Positions 16,606 through 25,378 of a DNA stretch of 61,817 nucleotides are shown here, one piece after another. Each line of letters begins with the position of its first letter. Position 1 is the first letter of the stretch. Under the pieces are notes generated by a model. It was not told the DNA's origin. It made no database searches and saw only the letters and a program-made list of their open reading frames with translations. Both the position numbers and the translations under genes were made by a program. Origin of the DNA: Clostridia bacterium (GTDB lineage Bacteria; Bacillota; Clostridia; Christensenellales; DTU072); assembly GCA_041654915.1 (NCBI GenBank), contig JBAZCO010000001.1, forward strand, positions 1 to 61,817, written 5' to 3'.

Positions 16606-17958
16606 TTACATCGCCTCCTTATTTAATAATTTAACACTGTGCCTACCTGCAGGCGAGCCGTCAGAAACTTCTAACGTTTGTTCAACCACATATGCTTCCA
16701 TGTCAACATCGTAATTCTCATGAACACAGTCTACAAGAAAGCCTAGTTGTAAAAGCGGGTTAAAGCGTATCTCTGCGCCGCAGTATTTATTATTAGTTGT
16801 AATAAAGTTATCCAATTTATCTTTTATCAAACCTGCATGTTCTTTTGTTTGGATAAATGTATTTTTTATCTCGCATATATTTTCCGAGTTATCCGTCTGC
16901 CCCTCCGAAACCGTATTAAAGGTCAAAGTTTCGGCCTTAATTTTAACCGTAGCTGTACCTGCACCGTTATTTTCAAGCGCAAGGGTGATTATGTTTGAAT
17001 ATATATCCACAACTGAAACATCAACCATGCTTGTACCGTCAGTAGATACACAGATTATTTCTTCTATCCTGTTTATATAGCCGTCAAATGTCATGTCACT
17101 ATATACAACCTCGCCCGACTCTCCAAATTCAACATCCAAAGACGCTATTTCCGTGCCTTGCTTTAACCCGATTTCATTCCACAGCACAACACTGCTATCG
17201 TATTGATTTACAAGTGACTGCTCAGGTGTTAGCGATATGATATTACTATTATCGAGTGATCCCTTTTTAGTATCATCGAATGTACCTATGCTTATATTAT
17301 TACCATCGCACCTAGAGAAACAATAAAGTGCTGCCAGCAACTCATTTATAGTGTCAAGCTTATTTTCAAGCGAAAACAATCGCTTAGGCAAAGCTATCAC
17401 TTCCTCTGGCGGCGGAATGGAAAAACCATAATCAGGAAGCACATCAGCGAGAAAATAAAACAAATCTTCTCTGCTTTCAACTTTGCGCAAAGGCGCAAGT
17501 ACCTTTTGCTTTGAATTTTCAATGCCGTCATAGCCATAATCATAGGCAAGGATATTAGCCTCCGTGCCTGTAGGACTTATATCTATTTCTGCTATCTTGT
17601 ATTTACCTAAAGCATCCCAGTTTAATTTATCCGCCTCTTCATCTAAATAATCTACCTTGACAAATAAATCAATTTTTGCGCCAAGGATAAACTTACCGTA
17701 ATATTGACTGCTTTCAGCAAAGGGATTAAAGTCATTGTCAAGGCTATACAGGGTCATTTCCAGTTTATCGGACACAAAATCGAATACAGGTCTGTCTTTA
17801 TCCGAAGATATATTTTGGGTTACCTTCCATTTTTGGATATAGTCTGTGCCATAGACTTCGATAACAGTGGAGTCTGCAAGCGTTATAACAGCTTTAGAGC
17901 GAACTACGCCAAGGTTTGACCACCAGTCTAAATTTGTGCTGTTTCTTGTTGTTGACAT
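16606..17958 (-). CDS. Baseplate / distal tail protein candidate
   Basis: 450 aa, abutting the fibre gene (ATG directly after the upstream stop). Position-based. Confidence 0.4.
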   Translation of the reverse strand: MSTTRNSTNLDWWSNLGVVRSKAVITLADSTVIEVYGTDYIQKWKVTQNISSDKDRPVFDFVSDKLEMTLYSLDNDFNPFAESSQYYGKFILGAKIDLFVKVDYLDEEADKLNWDALGKYKIAEIDISPTGTEANILAYDYGYDGIENSKQKVLAPLRKVESREDLFYFLADVLPDYGFSIPPPEEVIALPKRLFSLENKLDTINELLAALYCFSRCDGNNISIGTFDDTKKGSLDNSNIISLTPEQSLVNQYDSSVVLWNEIGLKQGTEIASLDVEFGESGEVVYSDMTFDGYINRIEEIICVSTDGTSMVDVSVVDIYSNIITLALENNGAGTATVKIKAETLTFNTVSEGQTDNSENICEIKNTFIQTKEHAGLIKDKLDNFITTNNKYCGAEIRFNPLLQLGFLVDCVHENYDVDMEAYVVEQTLEVSDGSPAGRHSVKLLNKEAM

Positions 17959-17961
17959 TTA

Positions 17962-18396
17962 CTATTCACCCTCACCAAGCGTATAAATTTCCGAAGCAAT
18001 TGCGTTTTTACTGATAATTGAAAACCCGATATCAGACCAAATCCAGTTATCGCCTACATCACCCATAAAGTTATTCATGAAATCTTGCGACATAGCACCA
18101 AGGTAGCCTTCCATTTTACGAATCTTTGAACCCATGCGATAGATTAAGGCTCTGTTGCCCACAAGCCATGCCTTTTGCGCATTATATCCGATTAAGTTCT
18201 CAAACAACTCCTGTCTGTCGCATTGGAGCATAGTGTCATAAGAAAAATTCATTTTCTCGGCTGTTCCGGTAAAGCGCCCCTGCATATCGTATGATGCAAC
18301 TCGTATCAAGTCTGATTGAGGGTATAGCTCGTAAGACAGCTTGTCAGGCGGCGGGATCTCATAACTCCCTACTTTAAAGTACCACTGATGCGCCAT
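17962..18396 (-). CDS. Tail component, hypothetical
   Basis: 144-aa ORF packed in the late operon. Confidence 0.35.
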   Translation of the reverse strand: MAHQWYFKVGSYEIPPPDKLSYELYPQSDLIRVASYDMQGRFTGTAEKMNFSYDTMLQCDRQELFENLIGYNAQKAWLVGNRALIYRMGSKIRKMEGYLGAMSQDFMNNFMGDVGDNWIWSDIGFSIISKNAIASEIYTLGEGE

Positions 18397-18397
18397 A

Positions 18398-18769
18398 TTA
18401 ATTCCCTCCTCTTAGTATTTTTAACCGTTCTGCTCTGTCCATTTCCTTTGCTTGTTTATCATAAACAGCATTATTTACTACAAATACTTCAATAACTAAT
18501 CTACTCTCGCTGTCTTTTTTGTAACGAGAGTTTATGACACCAGAGAAAAGCTTTATACCGGACATATCAATGATCTGCTCCTGGCTTTTGGGTCTGCTAT
18601 CGGCTAAACCACCGCTGTCATCACGCTCAAACCAAAACCTAAACTGCAAATAATCTTTTCGCTCACGAACAAGCATGCCACCATTGCCTGATAACTTACC
18701 CTTAAACTCGCTATCGTTTATGCGTTCAGCTTCCTCTAAAGCTGCATTAAACTCTTTTTGGTAAACCAT
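18398..18769 (-). CDS. Tail-module hypothetical protein
   Basis: 123-aa ORF starting 2 nt after the upstream stop. Confidence 0.35.
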   Translation of the reverse strand: MVYQKEFNAALEEAERINDSEFKGKLSGNGGMLVRERKDYLQFRFWFERDDSGGLADSRPKSQEQIIDMSGIKLFSGVINSRYKKDSESRLVIEVFVVNNAVYDKQAKEMDRAERLKILRGGN

Positions 18770-18771
18770 TA

Positions 18772-19386
18772 TTATCGCTTACCTCGCTTCATGTGTTCTT
18801 TTTCTACTATATTCTGATAATGCACATCCCAGTTATATTCATCTAAAATTAAGCCTATCTCGCGGGGCGACATAGCCCAAAACTCTTCCTTTGTCCAACC
18901 AAATTGCTTGCCTAAAGTTACAAGCATACTCATATAATCAATGCCAAATCCGCCCGGCCTTGGCTTTTGGCTTAATACACGGGCGCTTATAGGATCAGGC
19001 GGTGCGGTAGGCTTCATCGGGTGCGACATCTCAAACGCTTTCATGCATGCCTCCTGAAACTCTTTATCGAACTGGAAGCCATTCCTGCGGAACTCAGCCC
19101 AATCCACCCTATCATCATGCAAGGTAGAAGCCATAGCGAACAGCATTACCTGATTTTCAGGTGTTTCATCTTCTATATTGTTTGTTTCAAGGAAAGCCCA
19201 AGACCGCATGGAAAACTTTAGCTCAACGGTGATATTAAACATTTGATAAGGCACACCCTTGCCCCAGAGTGCATCCAGCTTAGATCTAAACCTATCTTCA
19301 TTGGGCTTTTTTATAGCGTTGATACGCTCTTGCGCTGTTTCATTCTCTTGCGCTATTTTTTTAAGTAAATCTTCATTATATGACAT
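18772..19386 (-). CDS. Tail assembly chaperone-like protein (tentative)
   Basis: The C-terminal GFGIDYMSMLVTLGKQFGWTKEEFWAMSPREIGLIL resembles the W..lTP.E motif of some tail-assembly chaperones. First minus-strand late gene downstream of the tube genes (after the 19518-21579 plus-strand insert). Confidence 0.35.
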   Translation of the reverse strand: MSYNEDLLKKIAQENETAQERINAIKKPNEDRFRSKLDALWGKGVPYQMFNITVELKFSMRSWAFLETNNIEDETPENQVMLFAMASTLHDDRVDWAEFRRNGFQFDKEFQEACMKAFEMSHPMKPTAPPDPISARVLSQKPRPGGFGIDYMSMLVTLGKQFGWTKEEFWAMSPREIGLILDEYNWDVHYQNIVEKEHMKRGKR

Positions 19387-19455
19387 AATATTACCTCTTA
19401 CATATATTGTAACAAGTGCATATAGTGCTGTAAAGAACTTTAATACTGTTAAGTG

Positions 19456-19484
19456 TTGTTAATAAGACTTAACGGTGTTATAAT
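19456..19484 (+). promoter_or_regulatory. Sigma-A-type promoter for the plus-strand zinc-ribbon genes
   Basis: TTGTTA, 17 nt spacer, TGtTATAAT (extended -10). Confidence 0.5.
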
Positions 19485-19517
19485 ATAAACGGATAAGGAA
19501 AAGAGGGAGGAAAAGCT

Positions 19518-19883
19518 ATGGCAAGGAAAAGAGTTAATACAATGATTTTGGCTAACATGACAGAAGAAAGCAAGCAAAAATACTTGGCGGGGGAGTATGG
19601 TTTTGGCGATAAGGCAGACTTTATTTGCCATAAGTGTGGCATTATTAAGCATGTAACTATAATGGGCTATAGACCTGACAGCCTTTGCAGGTCTTGTGCA
19701 GCCAAAAGGCGCATGAAAGAACTACGGGTAAAAGATTACCTTTTCTGCGAGGATGTGCATCCGGCTGATCGTGAACTTGCCATGAGCGGTGAATACGATA
19801 CTGTGCGTGTATGGTGCAAAAAATGTGAAGATTTTATCTTACGCACAAAAGATGATAAGGTTTGTCCGGCATGCGGAGCATGA
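19518..19883 (+). CDS. Zinc-ribbon protein (2 units); N-terminal piece of the split paralogue B
   Basis: ADFICHKCGIIKHV..SLCRSCA and VRVWCKKCEDFILRTKDDKVCPACG. Stop at 19881-19883, 1 nt before ATG 19885. Confidence 0.6.
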   Translation: MARKRVNTMILANMTEESKQKYLAGEYGFGDKADFICHKCGIIKHVTIMGYRPDSLCRSCAAKRRMKELRVKDYLFCEDVHPADRELAMSGEYDTVRVWCKKCEDFILRTKDDKVCPACGA

Positions 19884-19884
19884 T

Positions 19885-21579
19885 ATGAAAACAGAAAATA
19901 ATATACAGCTTTCAGAAGCCTCAATCAAGCGGCGAATTACTTATGCAAAAAGATACCCATATCTCAATGAAATGCACCCCGAAGATAGGGCAGATTACCT
20001 AAAGGGCAAATATAATTCAGAGGACAAGATAAGGTTTTTATGCCCTGTTTGTGGAGAATATTACAAGCAAACCACAAAAAACAAAAGAAAAGGGCGACTA
20101 CATTGGACTTGCGCAACACTTAAAAGAGCCAAAACACAAAGAACAGATGAAGCCTATCATTCTTTCAATGATTTAACACCTGAATTTCAAGAAAAATGTA
20201 GAAATAAAGAGCTAACTCGAAAGGATCGAGTTGACTTTATTTGCCCTATCTGCAAAGAGATATATTCTACTTTGCTTGGATCTCATGTTAAAGGTGCATC
20301 TTGCCGTAAGTGTGCAGCAAGATACAAAAGAGAAACACATCAACCCCGTACAGACTATGACTTCATAGATGAAATACACCCTGATGATAGACATTTAATA
20401 GGCAAGGTAAACAATAAGAGTAAGGTTCGCATTAAGTGTTCAGATTGCAAAGAATATTTTTATCAAGTTATAGCCAGTAGAGCTAACGGCTTTACCCGAT
20501 GTGAGGAATGCGGATATCTTGCTGCCGGCACTTCCAACAGGCGCAGGGAATATGAATTTGTTAATCCACTTCGAGAAGATTATGCTACAGGTTTAGCCAG
20601 CGGCGAAATCAGAACACAAGACAGAGTTATGTTTATCTGCCCTGTGCATGGTGAATACGAACAAATACTTATGTCCGGGCAATTCCACGGTTGTCAGGCA
20701 TGTACCATAGGGCTAAAACCACATCATTTGTATGAGTTTTTATTAACACTTACAGATAATATTATAGTCAATGACAGGCAGCAAATTAAACCCAAAGAAA
20801 TAGATTTTTACTTGCCGGACTATAATATTGGCTTTGAGTTTAACGATATAGGCACACATAGAACTTTATGGAAAGAGCAACTAAACGGAACGGCAAGGCT
20901 TTTTGGAAAGCCTGTAAAATATCATCTTAATAAATTTAATGATTGCAGGAAAGCAGACATACGTTTATTCCAAATATGGGATGTTGAATGGAATAATGAA
21001 CATTTACGCTCAATCCTGCAAAGCGTTATACGTAATGCGCTTGGATTAAATACAAAAAGGATTTATGCCAGAAAATGTAAACTAGTCGAATCAAACAGCA
21101 AAGAATGTAACCCGTTTTTTATTGAAAATCACATCCAAGGGCAAGCTAAGGGAAAGGGATATTTTGCACTTAAATACAAAAATGAAATAGTCGGCGCAAT
21201 TTGCTACACAGATAATCAGCGAATACTAACTGAAAGTAACGCTATAACTATAAGCAGGATGTGTTTTGCAAAAGATACCACAGTTGTTGGCGGAGCAAGT
21301 AGGTTGCTTAATGCCGTAGAAAAGAAAACAAACTGTGATTCAATAGAATACCTTGTTCTAAACGATTATTTTGACGGCATATCTTTTGAAAAAACGGGCT
21401 GGGAGAAAGTCGGTGTAAATATAATGGTCAGATATCATGACAAAGAAACAGGTAAGCTTTATTATCGACAAATAGCCCGAAGAAATGAATTTAAGCAACG
21501 CTGCCTTGAAGGGAAAATGGACAGATATTATACCAGTGGAACAACCGTTTATAGAAAGACAAAAACACCCTCGTTATGA
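19885..21579 (+). CDS. Zinc-ribbon-array / PD-(D/E)xK-like protein, paralogue B
   Basis: Four zinc-ribbon units, then EIDFYLPDYNIGFEFND, ARKC..NHIQG, GGASRLL, TSGTTVYRK. Start moved to ATG 19885; the track ORF 19789 overlaps the upstream gene. Confidence 0.7.
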   Translation: MKTENNIQLSEASIKRRITYAKRYPYLNEMHPEDRADYLKGKYNSEDKIRFLCPVCGEYYKQTTKNKRKGRLHWTCATLKRAKTQRTDEAYHSFNDLTPEFQEKCRNKELTRKDRVDFICPICKEIYSTLLGSHVKGASCRKCAARYKRETHQPRTDYDFIDEIHPDDRHLIGKVNNKSKVRIKCSDCKEYFYQVIASRANGFTRCEECGYLAAGTSNRRREYEFVNPLREDYATGLASGEIRTQDRVMFICPVHGEYEQILMSGQFHGCQACTIGLKPHHLYEFLLTLTDNIIVNDRQQIKPKEIDFYLPDYNIGFEFNDIGTHRTLWKEQLNGTARLFGKPVKYHLNKFNDCRKADIRLFQIWDVEWNNEHLRSILQSVIRNALGLNTKRIYARKCKLVESNSKECNPFFIENHIQGQAKGKGYFALKYKNEIVGAICYTDNQRILTESNAITISRMCFAKDTTVVGGASRLLNAVEKKTNCDSIEYLVLNDYFDGISFEKTGWEKVGVNIMVRYHDKETGKLYYRQIARRNEFKQRCLEGKMDRYYTSGTTVYRKTKTPSL

Positions 21580-21596
21580 GGGTGTTTTCTTTTGTT
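21562..21596. terminator. Bidirectional stem-loop terminator between convergent genes
   Basis: aaaacaccctc-gttat-gagggtgtttt is an 11-bp stem followed by tcttttg. Confidence 0.7.
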
Positions 21597-21621
21597 GTCC
21601 TTATGTAACTGCCTGTCTTTG

Positions 21622-22554
21622 TTAGCCAACTTCGGCTGCAAGCAACTTATGCACACCAAAGGCTACAGCCTTATCGTTTGTGTCAAGCCCATACACACTA
21701 ATATATGTGCCAGCCGAAACGCCACTAATTGTACCGCCGTCCTGAGTGGTTGTGCCGCCTGAAATCGGAGTGCCAACCGTAGGTCTGCTTCTTTCACCAA
21801 TAACATAAACGAACTCATCTATGCCTGTACCTGCAATGGTAATGTCAGTTTCACCTGCACCTGATCCAGCCTCAAATGAGAATGCATCGAAATCAGCAGC
21901 AGGAATAAATGCATCACCTGTCGGGAGTTGAACATTTTGGAACCAGTTATCCCACTTGGTTTTGTCAAAATCAACTCCGTCCTCGGTCATTGTCATAAAT
22001 CTAATGCCGTCGGCATTGATTACAGTGTTGTCCGATAATCTGGTTAATTCACCTTCGTAAAGCAAGTCTGTTATTCTACCTTCAAGCGGCAAATGCCCAA
22101 ACTCAACACCATCACCTTTTGTTTGCAATGCGTTTTCGCCTTCAGGAAAGATTGCATTATAAATTATATAACGTACCCTTTTCCTTTGGGCATTAAGAAC
22201 TTCAAATGCAACCGCAAGCTCTGGCGAGGCTTGACCCGCCATCATCACTGTTCCACCCGCATCGCTTACAACCCTACCTGTCACAAACTCATACCCGGCA
22301 GGGCCAAGACCCGTAACTTCAAGCGAAATATCTGCGGCTGCATAGTTAACTAACTGCTCATGTGTCTTATTGTCAGCATAATCACTCTCAATAGACCCAT
22401 TAGGTGTTATTGTGCCGCTCACAAGCCCGTCAATCCTGATGAGTTGTCCATAAGTTGGGAACGCACTTGCACTCCCTTTGTCCAGTATTTTTGCAAAGTG
22501 AAGCTTTGATAAGCCTATACTTGCACTGTTAAATGTTTCTATAGCATATGCCAT
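21622..22554 (-). CDS. Major tail (tube) protein with C-terminal Ig-like extension
   Basis: 310 aa, similar in outline to phi13/TP901-type tail proteins. The C-terminal G/T-rich ~90 aa looks like an Ig-like add-on. Position-based. Confidence 0.55.
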   Translation of the reverse strand: MAYAIETFNSASIGLSKLHFAKILDKGSASAFPTYGQLIRIDGLVSGTITPNGSIESDYADNKTHEQLVNYAAADISLEVTGLGPAGYEFVTGRVVSDAGGTVMMAGQASPELAVAFEVLNAQRKRVRYIIYNAIFPEGENALQTKGDGVEFGHLPLEGRITDLLYEGELTRLSDNTVINADGIRFMTMTEDGVDFDKTKWDNWFQNVQLPTGDAFIPAADFDAFSFEAGSGAGETDITIAGTGIDEFVYVIGERSRPTVGTPISGGTTTQDGGTISGVSAGTYISVYGLDTNDKAVAFGVHKLLAAEVG

Positions 22555-22566
22555 AATTTTATCCTC

Positions 22567-23124
22567 CTAAATTTGTACTGTTTTAAACCAATCGGCAAAT
22601 TGTCTTGAGTTCAGTTCTTCATATGCTTTTCTGTATTTAACCCCATTCAATGTATGCCAATAGATACCTGATAACATAAAGTGTTGAAACTCTACGCTAT
22701 CGCTTCTTGTTGCGAGCTTGTCCGGTTCTGCACTTTGGATCTTAACCATAGGCAAAAGCCAGCGCACTCTTTTCTTGTTCGCCTGTTCTGTTTCCCATAG
22801 CAATGCAATGATAGGCGGTTCATCGCTTTGCCTTTTTTCTAAAACGCCGTTTACCAATGTTTGACCAAGCATAAGTTTTTGAAATTCCGGGGTAAGCCCT
22901 GTTTTTTCTATGGTAATATCTGACGGCATGTACCGCCAACGCTTGTTACCCAAAAACCTTGCTTCAGGTTCTTCTTCTGCTTCAGGATTTGCCTTAACAA
23001 GTCCATCGCAAATGTGTATAGGCCCGTATGTAGGCTTTACATTAGCACAGCCAACATTCGTACACACAGCAAACGCTAAGCGCTTTAACCCTACTATTGA
23101 ACTTGCAGGGCGCTCTATTGTCAC
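22567..23124 (-). CDS. Second tail-tube-like protein (paralogue of 21622-22554)
   Basis: Shared pattern: N-terminal ..GL.KL.FA..., central KKRVRW/QRKRVRY, then VEF.H. with the downstream protein. Confidence 0.45.
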   Translation of the reverse strand: MTIERPASSIVGLKRLAFAVCTNVGCANVKPTYGPIHICDGLVKANPEAEEEPEARFLGNKRWRYMPSDITIEKTGLTPEFQKLMLGQTLVNGVLEKRQSDEPPIIALLWETEQANKKRVRWLLPMVKIQSAEPDKLATRSDSVEFQHFMLSGIYWHTLNGVKYRKAYEELNSRQFADWFKTVQI

Positions 23125-23125
23125 A

Positions 23126-23581
23126 TTAACTCACCCCCCTATCCGCATATACGCTCAATACAAGCGAATATTCAAACCTCCCGCTTGCATCTATGCCTGA
23201 CTTCATTGGTTTCTGTAGTATTTTCACAACCGCAAGACCGTTCTCAAGCTCCACTTCGGGGTTTAACCTCACAACCTCCTCTATCCGCTGGCATCGGATT
23301 TTGGCTGTTATAAGTGTCTTACTCCTACATATTACCTGAATTACACGCCTTGAGCTGCTATACCCGCTCTCCATTGGACTTTCGTTGGGTGCTTTTCCTT
23401 CAACAAGACAAATAAGGTTATCCGGTGTTGCCGCCAAATGCTCCTCTATGCCATACCAGTTACCCACCGCTTGCCCTTCTTCCGCATACCCCTCAACAGT
23501 TCTTTCACTGTCACGGGGTGCAGGAAAACGAAAATCACGTAGCCATTTTATTAAATATTCTAATAACCTATCTCTTAACAT
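23126..23581 (-). CDS. Tail terminator / tail completion candidate
   Basis: 151 aa directly upstream of the tube genes. Position-based. Confidence 0.35.
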   Translation of the reverse strand: MLRDRLLEYLIKWLRDFRFPAPRDSERTVEGYAEEGQAVGNWYGIEEHLAATPDNLICLVEGKAPNESPMESGYSSSRRVIQVICRSKTLITAKIRCQRIEEVVRLNPEVELENGLAVVKILQKPMKSGIDASGRFEYSLVLSVYADRGVS

Positions 23582-23586
23582 ATTAC

Positions 23587-23808
23587 TTATTCTATATCTT
23601 CGCCATTTTCTCTGGCCTGGTCTATAAGACCTTCACCCACAACATATGCTATAACGGATGCACCGGCCATAATCAATCCCGTAACCTGCCCTGCTTGGTT
23701 TTCCGTGTAACCGTAGGCTACCAATAATCCACCGACAAATCCCGCAATAGACATCCATAGTTTCCTTGATGTCAGCTTAATGAAAAATTTATTCCAATCC
23801 CATTTCAT
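23587..23808 (-). CDS. Holin-like two-TM protein
   Basis: 73 aa. LTSRKLWMSIAGFVGGLLVAYG and VTGLIMAGASVIAYVVGEG hydrophobic helices, with a charged C-terminus ARENGEDIE. Confidence 0.5.
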   Translation of the reverse strand: MKWDWNKFFIKLTSRKLWMSIAGFVGGLLVAYGYTENQAGQVTGLIMAGASVIAYVVGEGLIDQARENGEDIE

Positions 23809-23821
23809 AGACTTTCCCCCT

Positions 23822-24061
23822 TTATTTGCTTATCATGCGTGGTAATACTTTTTCTAAATCTTTTACCCGCTCACAGGTAGACTTTATATCTTTTTCTGCT
23901 ACCGCCATGCGCTCCATTAAATTGTTGTGTTTATCCATTTTTTTCTCTAAATCGTCTAATCGCAGATCAACTACCTTATTACTTTGCTTTATCCCCAAAA
24001 TACTACCTGTAAATGTGCCAAATAAAGCAATACTCGCTACAACAATACTTGTCCAATCCAT
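23822..24061 (-). CDS. N-terminal TM + coiled-coil membrane protein (BhlA/XhlA-like, holin-associated candidate)
   Basis: 79 aa. IVVASIALFGTFTGSILGI TM helix followed by a charged coiled coil. Confidence 0.4.
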   Translation of the reverse strand: MDWTSIVVASIALFGTFTGSILGIKQSNKVVDLRLDDLEKKMDKHNNLMERMAVAEKDIKSTCERVKDLEKVLPRMISK

Positions 24062-24075
24062 AATTACGTCCTCTC

Positions 24076-24618
24076 TTACAATCCGATTTCTTGTATAGAT
24101 AAGCCTTCGTGCTGCTCTGCGTCACGATCCACGCCAAATCCATCAAAATATTGCGGCACACTTTTCACTGTTTCAGCCTTACCTTTAAATCCGCCCGTTA
24201 CTTCACCGTCAACCTTTGTGCCGTCAAAGACCACAGACCATGCCACGCCATCCCAATACTGTGCTTTACCACATACGCAACACCATGTTTTGCCTGCAAC
24301 TAATCTATTGGGCCTGCTGCCAAAGTATGAATCCCGTGCTGCGCTGCTAGAAAAATTTTCTCCAAACCAATTAGGGTTTGCACTCTCTAATATAATCAAA
24401 TCCTGTTCTTTGACTGAAACCTCCGGCAATACATATAATATTGTCTTACTAAACACTGCCGCACCTTCGCTGTTCATTACATACCTGTTTTCAACTGCAG
24501 GATAACACTTTATCATTATAGGATCTGAATACAATGCTTCACCCGAACTGCCTTGCCCGTTATATGATCGTAGCAATGCTGTAAATCTAATTGCAGGCTT
24601 TATGCTATCAAACGCCAT
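24076..24618 (-). CDS. Head-tail joining protein candidate
   Basis: ORF in the head-tail block. The track start 24651 is GTG; ATG 24618 has GGTGA upstream. Start uncertain. Confidence 0.35.
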   Translation of the reverse strand: MAFDSIKPAIRFTALLRSYNGQGSSGEALYSDPIMIKCYPAVENRYVMNSEGAAVFSKTILYVLPEVSVKEQDLIILESANPNWFGENFSSSAARDSYFGSRPNRLVAGKTWCCVCGKAQYWDGVAWSVVFDGTKVDGEVTGGFKGKAETVKSVPQYFDGFGVDRDAEQHEGLSIQEIGL

Positions 24619-25000
24619 GACAATCACCATCACCGTACTTGCTTCGCTCACGCCGCTTGACTATTATCCAACGTGAAGCTATCTCGGTTTTCATTTCATC
24701 GAATTTTTGCCTAAGCACTTTAAGCCTTGTGTCCGCAGCTCTGCTTTCGCTTTGCGGACCAAGCTTCCTACTTGTCCACATCTGACCTGTCTTGCTTGAA
24801 TATGCATTTATAGCACCCTCTAACAAAGAATAAACCACAAGCGTTTCATCATTGTTTTCCAGTTCTGCTATAGCCATTATCTCTTCATTTGATAATATAG
24901 GATCAGACTCAATGGTGTCACCAATCTTGTACCGCCAATAATCAAGAGTAGGAGGCGCAGGCACCCGCTTTATGTTTTTAGGGTCATATGTCCATGCCAT
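24608..25000 (-). CDS. Head-tail connector (gp6-like) candidate
   Basis: 130 aa. First long ORF after the capsid gene and the 110-aa basic-tail protein. Confidence 0.4.
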   Translation of the reverse strand: MAWTYDPKNIKRVPAPPTLDYWRYKIGDTIESDPILSNEEIMAIAELENNDETLVVYSLLEGAINAYSSKTGQMWTSRKLGPQSESRAADTRLKVLRQKFDEMKTEIASRWIIVKRRERSKYGDGDCHGV

Positions 25001-25034
25001 TTTATCTCGCCTCCTTTATACTCTTTCTCTTTGT

Positions 25035-25367
25035 TCATTTCTTAGGCTTAGGCTTTGACTGATTCTTAGGCGGTGTCTTAGCCTGATTTTTGCCCTTAGC
25101 CTCATTCTTAGGCTTTGCCGCAGACTTAGGCTTAGGCTCTGACTTAGGCTTTTCTGTAACCTCAACCACAGGTTCTTCCACCCTCTCAAGCTCAACCGCT
25201 TCCTCTGCCGCAGGTAGGGGCAACTCAACAAAAGTAACCATTTCCTGAACACCTCGTTTTATTGCCACCTTATCCTTCGACATACGCAAAAACTCATCAG
25301 CAGTTAATTCTTGCCCAACCTCGTAAAGCCTTGCACGATAAATGAATTTTTTTGTTACTACATACAT
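25035..25367 (-). CDS. Small protein with Lys/Pro-rich basic tail
   Basis: The C-terminal 40 aa read KPKSEPKPKSAAKPKNEAKGKNQAKTPPKNQSKPKPKK. Located immediately after the capsid gene. Confidence 0.5.
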   Translation of the reverse strand: MYVVTKKFIYRARLYEVGQELTADEFLRMSKDKVAIKRGVQEMVTFVELPLPAAEEAVELERVEEPVVEVTEKPKSEPKPKSAAKPKNEAKGKNQAKTPPKNQSKPKPKK

Positions 25368-25378
25368 AGGATTTCTCC

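Noticed and set aside
25016-25252. 78-aa alternative-frame ORF (R/L/S repeats) in the K/P-rich tail region
   Set aside because: It is a frame-shifted reading of the cttaggc-type repeats. The K/P frame is continuous with a proper N-terminal domain and SD.
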